Assembly (NCBI GenBank): GCA_037131775.1 | Contig: JBAXQK010000004.1 | Location: 11,054-75,053 of the forward strand | Length of the DNA stretch: 64,000 bases | Reading direction: 5' to 3' | Source: Candidatus Uhrbacteria bacterium | GTDB taxonomy: Bacteria > Patescibacteriota > Patescibacteriia > UBA9934 > GWF2-40-263 | Shown here: in pieces, positions 10,210-18,882 of the stretch | How the letters are laid out: each line of letters opens with the position of its first letter | Position numbering within the stretch: position 1 is the stretch's first letter | Made by a program: the position numbers and the translations under genes | Notes under the pieces: model-generated | What the model saw: only the letters and a program-made list of their open reading frames with translations | Database searches by the model: none | Told to the model about the DNA's origin: nothing

Positions 10210-10614
10210 CTACTTCTTGAGCCAGGTGAGGAGCTCGTCGCCGATGAGCATGTCGTTGAGCACGTCGTCGTCGGCCGTCATGAGCTTCCGGACGTCCCGG
10301 ATCACCGCGAGGCCGGTGTTGTCGAACTCGTCGCCGATCTGCTTCAGGAACGGGAAGTCGAGCCCGTCGTGGACGCCGATGAACAGGAAGTAGATCTGGT
10401 CATGGCGTTCCTGGGACTGGCGCAGCACCTGGCGCGTGCGATCCTTGTCCGAATTGTCGCCGTCCGTGATGAACAGGACGATGCTCGGGCGCTTGGTCGC
10501 CTGGACGGGGGCCGGGGCCGCCTTCTTGAAGAAGCCCATGAACCCGCCGCCGCTCGACTTGGCCGCCTCCTGCGAGGGGAGCCAGCCGAAGTTCCGCATC
10601 GCCGACTCGAGCAC
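10210..10614 (-). CDS. vWA-like domain fragment (possible truncated TerY-like gene or pseudogene)
   Basis: IVLFITDGDNSD resembles the distal MIDAS region of a vWA domain. At 134 aa there is no N-terminal DxSxS part, and the upstream frames give Arg-rich nonsense. Confidence 0.35.
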   Translation of the reverse strand: MLESAMRNFGWLPSQEAAKSSGGGFMGFFKKAAPAPVQATKRPSIVLFITDGDNSDKDRTRQVLRQSQERHDQIYFLFIGVHDGLDFPFLKQIGDEFDNTGLAVIRDVRKLMTADDDVLNDMLIGDELLTWLKK

Positions 10615-10691
10615 GAAGCTGTAGTCGGTTCCGCCGCGCCAGCCAGGGACGCGCGTGCGAGCAGGCCCTGAAGGGGCTCGACTTCGCCACG

Positions 10692-11288
10692 ATGTCCTCG
10701 GCGCAGATCGTGCTCATCGGCGCGAACGCCGAGCAGGGGCTGCACCAGACCCTCGACGGGTTCCTGGCGCGGCTCGAAGGCAAGACGGTCGTGCTCATCG
10801 ACGACGTCTACGTCACCGGCAGTTCCGAAAAGGTGATGTTCCAGGCCGTTTCCGGCTCGGGCGCGCGCGACATCGCCTTCCTCTACGTCGCGCGCATGGA
10901 CTCGGCGGTCGCGCTCCGGGACCCGAAGGTGGAGGACCGCATCAACCACCGCTGGGTAAAGACCCTCGATGACCTCGCGGCGATCCTCACGCCCGGGAAG
11001 TACCGCATCAACCTGCGCAACTGCAAGTTCGTCCTCGATGCGCCGATCGACGACGTGAGGCGGTTTCTGGGAGGGCTCGATACGACGGTCCTCTCCGATC
11101 TTCACGAGACGATCCTCGCGAACTCCTACTATCTGGAACGCCGGTTCGCGGAAACGTGCGCCGCGATCGAGACGGAGCTCGTCATCCGGGGCAGCGCCCC
11201 CGAAGGAACGGTGAGGCTCGGCAGCGGTTCGCCCAGCGAATTCGCGATCCCCGACGGTCGCCACCCGAATGCGATCGATCACGGCTGA
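10692..11288 (+). CDS. phosphoribosyltransferase (PRTase) domain protein, N-terminally short, possibly a fragment
   Basis: PRPP-binding motif KTVVLIDDVYVTGSS sits only ~30 aa from the start. Divergent from the vWA-like ORF. Confidence 0.45.
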   Translation: MSSAQIVLIGANAEQGLHQTLDGFLARLEGKTVVLIDDVYVTGSSEKVMFQAVSGSGARDIAFLYVARMDSAVALRDPKVEDRINHRWVKTLDDLAAILTPGKYRINLRNCKFVLDAPIDDVRRFLGGLDTTVLSDLHETILANSYYLERRFAETCAAIETELVIRGSAPEGTVRLGSGSPSEFAIPDGRHPNAIDHG

Positions 11289-11376
11289 CGGCCGTATCTC
11301 AGCAGGCAGCTGCCGGTCCATCTGAATGGTCCGGTTTTTTGTACGACAGGATCCGTACCCCAGCGTTTCCCCGTCA

Positions 11377-12516
11377 TCATTCAATCGGCGCGGCAAGAAG
11401 TTCTCGGCCCTTTTCCGCCCAGTCGAGAAGGTCGAATGCCTCCATCTCTATGATATAGTCCGCGACGAGCGCCTGGCGCCCTTCCTCGCTTTCGAGTTGA
11501 GCGAAGCGTTTGGAAAGGAGCGCGAAGTGCATGGACTCGCGGGTTTCCGCGTCGTCGATCTGGAGCCAGACGCGCTGGGAAAAGGCGCGTTCCGCGAACG
11601 CGGGGTCGTCGATGCCGGCGGTGACGAAATCGATGAGCGCCCGCTGGGCCTCGTCCTTCGACGGTCCGTCGGCCGGATTGAACGGGGTATCGAGCGCGGT
11701 ATCGAGCGTTTCGGGATCGTAGGGAACGTCGATGAACTCGTAGGCCGGAACCATGGCCAGCGAGACGCGCTCCGGGTGGTTTGCAAGATCCATGTCCGCG
11801 AGCGCGCCAAGCAGGGTTCTGGTTTCCGCGTAGGTGAGGTCCGTTTCTACCAGGTTGTAAAAGACGTAGCCAACGGGCGTCGCGAAGAGGCGCGATACCA
11901 CCGGCGCGTATTCCGCCATGGCACGACGGATGAAGGTTGAATGGTTGTGCGCGCGCTGTGGCTCGCCAATGGCGTACGGCTGGCGCACGCGGAGCCACTG
12001 GAGCGTTTCCGTGGTGGGGAGACCGAGCAGACGAAACGCACCCAGAGTTTCGGAGAAACCAACGACCGCCAGGTGGTCGGCATGCTTCCCAAGGATTTTC
12101 TCAATCTGCGCGATGCCAAATTCCAGCCCTCCGATCCCGCACGCGTTGGAGACGTAATAGTCGCCCGGAATATAATTTCCTCCGGGAGGAAGCGGGGAAT
12201 AGGTTCCGCGCGGAACGGCGGTGATTCGCACGGTCTGCTGCGCCGCGTCAATTTCCACCAGCTGGATCACGTCGCAGTGGGCCACGTCGCTTCCGGCGCG
12301 TGCGTCGAGTCCGATGAGAAGGACGGAGACGCGATCGCCGATTTCCGTATCGCTCGTCTCGACGACGCGCGACGCAAGACGCGCGTCGATGACGGCCTGC
12401 ACGGCATCGGGCTCCCGGATGGCCACAGTTTTCGACCGGGCATCCATCGCAAACTTGGCGCCAAGGGAGGCGACAAGGACGAGGGCGGTGAGAAGAAGGA
12501 TCCGGCCAAATTTCAT
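11377..12516 (-). CDS. LytR-CpsA-Psr (LCP) family cell-envelope phosphotransferase
   Basis: Signal/TM anchor followed by LCP core (VLLIGLD...DVIQLVEIDA...ITAVPRGTY...GFSE). Confidence 0.8.
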   Translation of the reverse strand: MKFGRILLLTALVLVASLGAKFAMDARSKTVAIREPDAVQAVIDARLASRVVETSDTEIGDRVSVLLIGLDARAGSDVAHCDVIQLVEIDAAQQTVRITAVPRGTYSPLPPGGNYIPGDYYVSNACGIGGLEFGIAQIEKILGKHADHLAVVGFSETLGAFRLLGLPTTETLQWLRVRQPYAIGEPQRAHNHSTFIRRAMAEYAPVVSRLFATPVGYVFYNLVETDLTYAETRTLLGALADMDLANHPERVSLAMVPAYEFIDVPYDPETLDTALDTPFNPADGPSKDEAQRALIDFVTAGIDDPAFAERAFSQRVWLQIDDAETRESMHFALLSKRFAQLESEEGRQALVADYIIEMEAFDLLDWAEKGRELLAAPIE

Positions 12517-12691
12517 AGGATTGGAGTGACTGTGGCGCGTTTCGGACGGACTGTCAACGTGCGCGAGGTTATACGCGGCAGGATGATCGCAAAAACCGCC
12601 GATGTCTCGACGGTTCCCGCTGGCTCACCTTAATGGACGATACTGGCAGAGTCACTCTCACGAATGGCTCCGCCATGCACCGTCCGGTGCA

Positions 12692-12766
12692 TGGCTCCGG
12701 GGGCAGGATTCGAACCTGCGATATCCGCGTTAACAGCGCGGCGTTGTGCCCCTCAACTACCCCGGA
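12692..12766 (-). tRNA. tRNA-Asn (GTT)
   Basis: Manual fold: 7-bp acceptor TCCGGGG/CCCCGGA, anticodon loop CTGTTAA, T-loop TTCGAAT, discriminator G, encoded CCA. Confidence 0.85.
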
Positions 12767-12985
12767 TCGTTGCGACGAAAAAGACCGGCTTGCGCCGGCC
12801 TTTGTTTGCTCGTCATTGTGTGATGACGCTTCTTACGCAAACAATGCCAGCGAGGGCTGGGTATTGTTATTGTTGGTTGCGAAGCGAAGCAACGTCATAC
12901 AAGACAAGCGTAGAAGGTTCTGACCAAGCCGTCAAATTTTTCTGGGGATATGTTTTGCGTTTCGGCTGCGTAAAAAAAGAAACCG

Positions 12986-13621
12986 TCAGAGAATGACGGT
13001 CTTGCCGCGGTAGATGAGCTTGAGCTGAGGGAGCGACGTTGCCACGTCGGGAAGGTTCACGAGCCGCGCGATGGGCGAGAGCTTCGTGCGCGTCGTCCAG
13101 TCGGGAGCATAGACGCCCATGTGCATGATGCTGGCGTCCGCGACCTCCATCGTCGTGCGTCGGTCGAGTCCCCCTGCGAGCGCGAACGGGATCCATCGCT
13201 TGGCGGCGGCGCGGCCGTGGTCGGAGCCGTAGTGGATGTCGTCGTAGTCCTCCATCTTCCAGCAGTCGGAAACGATGGTGGCCGCGAGCCCGAGGTCGAT
13301 GGCCCGCTGGCTCGGGTTCTTCTGCGCGTCGAGAATCTCGGGGATGTGCCGCGCCCAGCCCGGAAGGATGACGCACGACTCCACGATGCTGAGAAACGTC
13401 CCGTGCGCCACGTTCTGCCACGGCGGATGGAACCGCCCGCTGTGCGACGCGGGATGCGTGTAGAACGCGAGCGGGACCACGAGGAGGAATCCCTCGAGCG
13501 TCGAACGCAGCTTCGGGTCCGAGATGGGCTCGACCCCGTATTTCCACAGCGCCTGGACGCGCCAGGCAAGCTTCTTGTTCCAGATGCCGGCCTTCTTCAG
13601 GCGATAGATCAGTGCTTCCAA
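12986..13621 (-). CDS. hypothetical protein
   Basis: 211 aa, TTG start with no in-frame ATG nearby. TTGACA -35 box at 13667..13672 on the minus strand. Confidence 0.45.
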   Translation of the reverse strand: MEALIYRLKKAGIWNKKLAWRVQALWKYGVEPISDPKLRSTLEGFLLVVPLAFYTHPASHSGRFHPPWQNVAHGTFLSIVESCVILPGWARHIPEILDAQKNPSQRAIDLGLAATIVSDCWKMEDYDDIHYGSDHGRAAAKRWIPFALAGGLDRRTTMEVADASIMHMGVYAPDWTTRTKLSPIARLVNLPDVATSLPQLKLIYRGKTVIL

Positions 13622-13708
13622 TTTGTCTCCAATGTCGTGCGGCCAGACTAGCCGATTTTGGCCGGAATGTCAATGGATTCGGGTTGCGAGGAAAGAAAAA
13701 AGCGGTCC

Positions 13709-14638
13709 TCAGCGGGACCGCGCGTTGACGTAGCGGACGATTTCGACGGCATGCTTGGCAGTGTAGCCAAACCTCAGGCTGAGTGCCCCGGCGTCGAGGA
13801 CGTCGTTCGTTTTCTTGAGATTGCAATCGACGCAGAGCAGCGTGTAGTTGAGCACGCAGTCGTGCGTCCCGTGCCAGTGTCGGTTAACGAACAGGTCCGC
13901 TTCCGACGGTGGCATGCCCTGGCTGAGCAGGTCCAGACGGATGCGCCCGATCGGCTTTGAGACGGGAAAGATGTGGTCGATCTCCATCCCGTTTACTCGC
14001 GCGACCTCCCTGTAGCAGATCTGGCATTTTCCATGGAACGCCTTGTGCATAGCGTCTCGAAGGTGCGCGTTCGTAGTCGCGATTGGCGTCGCCGGGTCGA
14101 CTGTCGCAGCCGGTTCCGGAATCGACGGAACGGTGAAGGACGCGTAAGAGCCCTCGGGAAGGGCCGTCTTTGCGGAAATGCACTTTGGACAGGCGAGCCA
14201 CTCTCCAAATCCGCGTGCTTCTCGCGCGAAGCAGTTGTGCGCGAACTTGACGTTCTTTCGTACGGCGTGAATGGTACGGAGAAACTGGCTCATCCACGCA
14301 TGGAATTCGGTCGCATTTCGCGTGTTGATCCAGATCTTTGGGAGAAGAAGGTTCTTTCCCGCCCTTACCTTCAGACGCCACTTGAACCAGTAGTATTCCG
14401 GACCCCCGACACCCATGTCGAGATGGAGCACTTCCATGCTTGGATCCGGACTTGCTGAATCCGGTTTGATCCCGCCCAAGAACGTTCCGGATCGGATCAC
14501 GCGCAGCATGTTGATTGGATCCGTCGGGTCGATGTCGAGCATGACGAGATCGCCAGTCCCAAGGCAGCGCTTGAAGAAATTTTCCGGGCTCAAGAAATTC
14601 TCGCGTTCATTGAACACCAAGGCGTTTGTCTGTGTCAT
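13709..14638 (-). CDS. HNH endonuclease (paralog 1) with Cys-rich N-terminal domain
   Basis: C-terminal HNH motif CQICYREV...DHIFPVS...HWHGTHDCVLNYTLLCVDCNLKKTN. Last codons overlap a terminator hairpin. Confidence 0.8.
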   Translation of the reverse strand: MTQTNALVFNERENFLSPENFFKRCLGTGDLVMLDIDPTDPINMLRVIRSGTFLGGIKPDSASPDPSMEVLHLDMGVGGPEYYWFKWRLKVRAGKNLLLPKIWINTRNATEFHAWMSQFLRTIHAVRKNVKFAHNCFAREARGFGEWLACPKCISAKTALPEGSYASFTVPSIPEPAATVDPATPIATTNAHLRDAMHKAFHGKCQICYREVARVNGMEIDHIFPVSKPIGRIRLDLLSQGMPPSEADLFVNRHWHGTHDCVLNYTLLCVDCNLKKTNDVLDAGALSLRFGYTAKHAVEIVRYVNARSR

Positions 14639-14759
14639 CGGTATTCTCCGTTATAAATGTGCGTTCAGATTCTTTCGGGACCGCGTAACGTACCCGAAAT
14701 TTCTTAGAATGTCAATATCCGAGGCCTATCTCAAAGAAAAAACCGCCCACATTGGACGG

Positions 14760-15278
14760 TCAGGGGAGAAAACCCGGGAGGAACTCTCCCTCGGCGAGCT
14801 GGGCGGCGACCGACGGGTCGTGGCCGGCGGCGAGCCACTCGAGAGGGGTGAGCGGGGTCTCCTCCTCGCCGACCACGAGGTCCGGGTGCTTGACGACGAG
14901 CCAGGACGCGATCTCGAAGACGGTCACGGGGCTCGGGATTGCACGGCTGACCTCGCCGATGCCCGGAACGAGCCCGCCGCCGTCCGGAAGGAACTGGAAG
15001 GCGGGGATGCCGGAAACCCGACCGTGCGAGTGGATGGTGCACAGCGTGCGGTCGCCGATGAGCTTCCAGACCGCCGCGACCGGAACCTTGAGCCGAACGG
15101 CGGCATCTTCCGGCGTGAGCGCCGTGGTCACGATCTCGTCGCAGAACCGTTGGTATCGCAGCGCGGGATCGTCGTCGCCGTAGTCGCGCGGCACGGGGTC
15201 GAAGCCGCCGCGGACGAGCGTGGCGCGCTCGTCGTCGGTGAGTGGGCCGGTCGACGGCCGTGACGATTGGTCGGGCAT
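14760..15278 (-). CDS. hypothetical protein with possible HTH (excisionase-like)
   Basis: 172 aa. Segment LTPEDAAVRLKVPVAAVWKLIGDRTL is HTH-like. SD AGGAGA lies upstream of the ATG. Confidence 0.5.
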   Translation of the reverse strand: MPDQSSRPSTGPLTDDERATLVRGGFDPVPRDYGDDDPALRYQRFCDEIVTTALTPEDAAVRLKVPVAAVWKLIGDRTLCTIHSHGRVSGIPAFQFLPDGGGLVPGIGEVSRAIPSPVTVFEIASWLVVKHPDLVVGEEETPLTPLEWLAAGHDPSVAAQLAEGEFLPGFLP

Positions 15279-15360
15279 GGGTTTCTCCTGGGGACAGGGT
15301 GCGGGAAGCAGGCCGGCATGTCAACTGCCGCGCATGCTTCGTCCAAAAAAAAAGCGGTCC

Positions 15361-16500
15361 TCAGCGGGACCGCGCGTTGACGTAGGTGAGGACTTCCTCG
15401 GCTTGCTTGGCCGTATAGGCGAGCATGAGGCTGAGTCCGGCGACATTGAGGACATCGTTTGTTTTCTTGCCATTGCAGTCTGCGCACATCACCGTATAGT
15501 TCAGCACGCAGTCGTGCGTACCATGCCAATGCTGGGTCAGGAACGCGTCCGCGTGAGCGGGTTCAACGCCTTGGGCCACGAGGTCCAGGTGGATTTCGTC
15601 GACTGACTTTGAGGTGGGAAGGATGTGGTCAACCTCCATCCCCTCGACGCGCGCCACCTCTCGGTAACAGAGTTGGCATTTGCCATGGAACGCCCGATGC
15701 ATGGCGTCGCGAAGCAGCGGCTGCGACTTCAGGACGTATGACGTTCCCGTCAGCAGGCGACGAAGCGAGGCGCTCGTTACTTGGGCCGCTGGGCTCGACA
15801 AGATCGCGGGAACAGATGGTTCGATGGCGGGCTGACGGAGTCTTTTGCGCGTCATCGGATCATGACACACGGAACAGGCGGCCCACTTCCATTCCCATTT
15901 CTTTTGAAACGCGCAGTCCATGGCGAGTGCCACTCGGTGCGGGCACTGCGAGGAAAAACGCGCATTGGGCATGATGCGTTCGACGTGTCCCTGCATGAGA
16001 GACATCCAGGATCGATACTGGCTGAGCCAGCGGACGTCGATCCAAACGGACGGAGTGGAGACAAGGCCCCATTCAGTCTGGAAAGAAAAGAGCGCGAAGG
16101 CATCTCCGGAATTGCCGCAGTGTACCTGGATAGAGACGGTAACCTTTCGTCCCTGCGTAGACGCAATCGCGCTTGCCGGCCGCCCCGGAAACAGGTGGCT
16201 CATGAGCGTGCCGTTCTCCCAAGTTCGAGACTGGAGGAACGTTTCCGCCGCTCCCGCATCCGTCGCGTCAAGCTTGGACAGAACACGCGTGCCGTTTACG
16301 CGTCCTGCCCGGAACGGTTCGATAGTCCCATCTCGGTACATCGCGTATACGGATCCCCATTCTTCCTCGCGGTCCTTTTCAATGCGATGCCTGAACTTAT
16401 ATGCGACGCGCGGATCCGTCCCATCCATCCATTCGACCGGCCTCGGTTCCTTTGGGGAGGGCAGGCGCACGTCTGCGGTGATGCTGTTGCCAATGGTCAT
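15361..16500 (-). CDS. HNH endonuclease (paralog 2)
   Basis: ATG at 16498-16500 (MTIGNS...). The upstream 162 codons of ORF 15361..16986 are S/R/T-rich low complexity. The C-terminal 116 aa are ~70% identical to paralog 1 and the Cys-rich region upstream also aligns. Confidence 0.75.
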   Translation of the reverse strand: MTIGNSITADVRLPSPKEPRPVEWMDGTDPRVAYKFRHRIEKDREEEWGSVYAMYRDGTIEPFRAGRVNGTRVLSKLDATDAGAAETFLQSRTWENGTLMSHLFPGRPASAIASTQGRKVTVSIQVHCGNSGDAFALFSFQTEWGLVSTPSVWIDVRWLSQYRSWMSLMQGHVERIMPNARFSSQCPHRVALAMDCAFQKKWEWKWAACSVCHDPMTRKRLRQPAIEPSVPAILSSPAAQVTSASLRRLLTGTSYVLKSQPLLRDAMHRAFHGKCQLCYREVARVEGMEVDHILPTSKSVDEIHLDLVAQGVEPAHADAFLTQHWHGTHDCVLNYTVMCADCNGKKTNDVLNVAGLSLMLAYTAKQAEEVLTYVNARSR

Positions 16501-16567
16501 CGGAACTCCTGGAATTTCTCGTCCTCCCCATGAGGACAAGGGACGAATGCTATTCGGAAATCGTCGA

Positions 16568-16598
16568 TTTGTCAAGGTAATCCTTCCATTTTTTGACA
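16568..16598. promoter_or_regulatory. inverted repeat TTGTCAA-N17-TTGACAA upstream of HNH paralog 2
   Basis: The arms are perfect reverse complements and lie 70-100 nt upstream of the ATG at 16500. Candidate operator or -35 region. Confidence 0.3.
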
Positions 16599-16657
16599 AA
16601 TGGCCGTTGAAAAAGAAAAAACCCAGGTGTCCGTGGTCTTTGGTGGAGACCGGAAAC

Positions 16658-17350
16658 CTAGGTCGGAGAGGCTGTTTGGAAGTGGATTGGCGCGGGCGGG
16701 CGGCGCGTCCATACGCGTGCCTCGCGCGCATCGCAGATGTCATCCTGCTCGTACGTTCGGATCCAGGTTCCCTCCGCGTCGCGCTTGATGCCGATCGTTT
16801 CGACGTTGCCGCCGGAAACTTCGGGGTCCACGTATTTTTTGAGGACGAACGGGTACCAGCTGTCCATCGGCTGGTCCAGGAATTGGTCACGGCATGCGAC
16901 CACATCCTCTGGTTCGCAGGGATAGAGTCCGAACCGGGCTGCGGCCGCAATGTCGTCGCCGGGAGCGAAGCCGTCATCGAGGCCAAATTCCTCCGCGGTC
17001 GCGAGCACGAGCTCGACGTCGGATTCCTTCTGCGACCACTCGACGCCTTTCAGGAACTCGAGCGCGAAGTTCTCCACCTTGTGGCCCTTCGCCTCGGCGG
17101 CTGAAAGATACGCGTCGAGAGACTTGTATACGCCGCTCCGGACGGTCCGCCAGTTGGCAAAGGCATTGGGTCTCGGCACGATCACGTGCGTGCCGCGCAG
17201 CACCCGAACGATTTCGCGAAGCATTTCCGTGGATCCCGCAAGCTTCTCAAGCTCGTCAGGGCTTCCATAAACGCCCGACCAGGCAACTCCAAGCCTGTGG
17301 AGTGTGCCAACGATGTCGTAATCCGATCCGTCGAATTGATAATTAGGCAT
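16658..17350 (-). CDS. hypothetical protein
   Basis: ATG at 17348-17350 (MPNYQFDG). TTGACA on the minus strand at ~17430. Confidence 0.45.
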   Translation of the reverse strand: MPNYQFDGSDYDIVGTLHRLGVAWSGVYGSPDELEKLAGSTEMLREIVRVLRGTHVIVPRPNAFANWRTVRSGVYKSLDAYLSAAEAKGHKVENFALEFLKGVEWSQKESDVELVLATAEEFGLDDGFAPGDDIAAAARFGLYPCEPEDVVACRDQFLDQPMDSWYPFVLKKYVDPEVSGGNVETIGIKRDAEGTWIRTYEQDDICDAREARVWTRRPPAPIHFQTASPT

Positions 17351-17493
17351 ATTGTCCGTCTTCCACAGCTTGTGGTCGGCCACGGATTGCGGCCGGAGGC
17401 TTAGGATGACAGCATTTTTGATGGATGTCAATGAATCATTGGCTGTCGTACGAAAAAAATGACCGAGCGCGAAGCTCGGTCTTGAGGGAACGG

Positions 17494-18009
17494 TCAGCGC
17501 GACCGTGGTCGAAGGAGCAGTCTTTCGACGCTCATGGCCATTGCGTGTGCCTTCCAGCGCGGAATGCCCGCCGCCGTCTGTCCGTAATAGTGATGGAAGT
17601 AGGACGCACGCTTTCCGGGGTCATGGAATATGGCCTCCGCCAATTCCTCATGGGCGAGCCGGGCCTTGGAGTAGTCGATGGCACGGGCGAGCCCGATTTT
17701 CTTGCTGGCAAGCCACGCCTCGGCCTCCGCCTCGTTCTTGCGCGCGGCAAGCAGGAGAAAGCCGCTTGCTTTTTCTGAGCCGGCTTCGACGGGGATGCCG
17801 CAAGGGGCGTTCAGTCCCCCGACCCATACGGCTCCGTTGGGATGCCCGTTTGTTTCGTAGATGATTGTGACGTCGTACTGCGTGTTCCCGTAGTCGAGCT
17901 GAAACGTCATCGGGACGGTGCTTACGAGAACACTCCGTTGTGTCGCGTGAAGGTACGGGGTCCAGATGAAGACGGCAAGCCACGCGCTGGTGGGGGATTG
18001 ATCGGTCAT
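17494..18009 (-). CDS. hypothetical protein
   Basis: 171 aa. Followed on the minus strand by hairpin gaccgagcttcgcgctcggtc plus T7 (17451..17481). Confidence 0.45.
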   Translation of the reverse strand: MTDQSPTSAWLAVFIWTPYLHATQRSVLVSTVPMTFQLDYGNTQYDVTIIYETNGHPNGAVWVGGLNAPCGIPVEAGSEKASGFLLLAARKNEAEAEAWLASKKIGLARAIDYSKARLAHEELAEAIFHDPGKRASYFHHYYGQTAAGIPRWKAHAMAMSVERLLLRPRSR

Positions 18010-18130
18010 GAGCGGCCTCTAGAAAATGTCCTGGGCGGAAAGTCCAGGACAGGTCGCGAACCTTACAGCATTATTTGGCAAATGTCAATGAAACGTGGTG
18101 GCTCGTAAAAAAACGACCGAGCGCATGGGC

Positions 18131-18637
18131 TCAGTCCTGAGAGGATGGTTGCTTCGACCAGGCGCGGAGGATACGATGGTCCTGGAGGTGGTCGGCGCTT
18201 TCGTGGTTGGTGTTGAGATAGGGCCTGCCGACGCGGGTCTTCCACAGGATGCCGAAGAGCTCGGGCTCCTGGTGGCGTGCGCTCGGGAGCCCTTTCATGG
18301 CGAGGCGAACATATTCGTTCTGCCAGCGCCGCGACGGGAACTGCTCGAACAGGGCAGGGGCGATCTCGGGGACGCAGGGGTGGAGTCCGCGCGACACGGC
18401 CAGGTCGTAGAGCTCGGAGAGACGGTGCGGGCGATCGAGGCCGAGATGTTCGGCGTGGCAGAGCGTCACGTCGACCTTGCTGCGCTTTTTTGACCATTCG
18501 ATTCGCGCGAGGTGGCCGATAGCGGAACTGGTTACGAGGCGTCGGTACTCCATGGCCGCCGCCAGGAACGGCTCGAACGAGTGGTGCGTGCCGATGTAGA
18601 TGGGATACCAGACCGGGCGGAACGTCTGAGTGGACAA
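18131..18637 (-). CDS. hypothetical protein
   Basis: 168 aa. Followed by hairpin gactgagcccatgcgctcggtc plus T7. TTGACA -35 upstream at ~18678. Confidence 0.45.
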   Translation of the reverse strand: MSTQTFRPVWYPIYIGTHHSFEPFLAAAMEYRRLVTSSAIGHLARIEWSKKRSKVDVTLCHAEHLGLDRPHRLSELYDLAVSRGLHPCVPEIAPALFEQFPSRRWQNEYVRLAMKGLPSARHQEPELFGILWKTRVGRPYLNTNHESADHLQDHRILRAWSKQPSSQD

Positions 18638-18721
18638 TGGAACCTCTTTGTTTGCCCAGTGTGCGAGATGGCAGATCGATTGTCAAACGGAAAAGAGACT
18701 CGGCAAAATGCCAAGTCTCTT

Positions 18722-18809
18722 TGGTAGGCGAGGTGGGAATCGAACCCACAAGGCCTTTCGGCCAGGAAATTTTAAGTCTCCCGCGTATAACCAATTCCGC
18801 CACTCGCCC
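18722..18809 (-). tRNA. tRNA-Leu (TAA)
   Basis: 88 nt. Acceptor GGGCGAG/CTCGCCT, anticodon loop CTTAAAA, long variable arm, T-loop TTCGATT, encoded CCA. Confidence 0.8.
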
Positions 18810-18882
18810 ATGGACCGGATCGTATCAGGAATCGGGGGGATTTAAAAGACGGGACGCCCAAAGGACGTCCCGCGAGGGGAAC

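Noticed and set aside
13690-18130. Possibility that the repeated 3' hairpins of the cassette genes are integron attC sites.
   Set aside because: The hairpins are short 7-8 bp perfect stems followed by T-runs (intrinsic terminators). They lack the R''/L''-L'/R' core sites (GTTRRRY/RYYYAAC) and extrahelical bases of attC. Each cassette has its own promoter and there is no intI.
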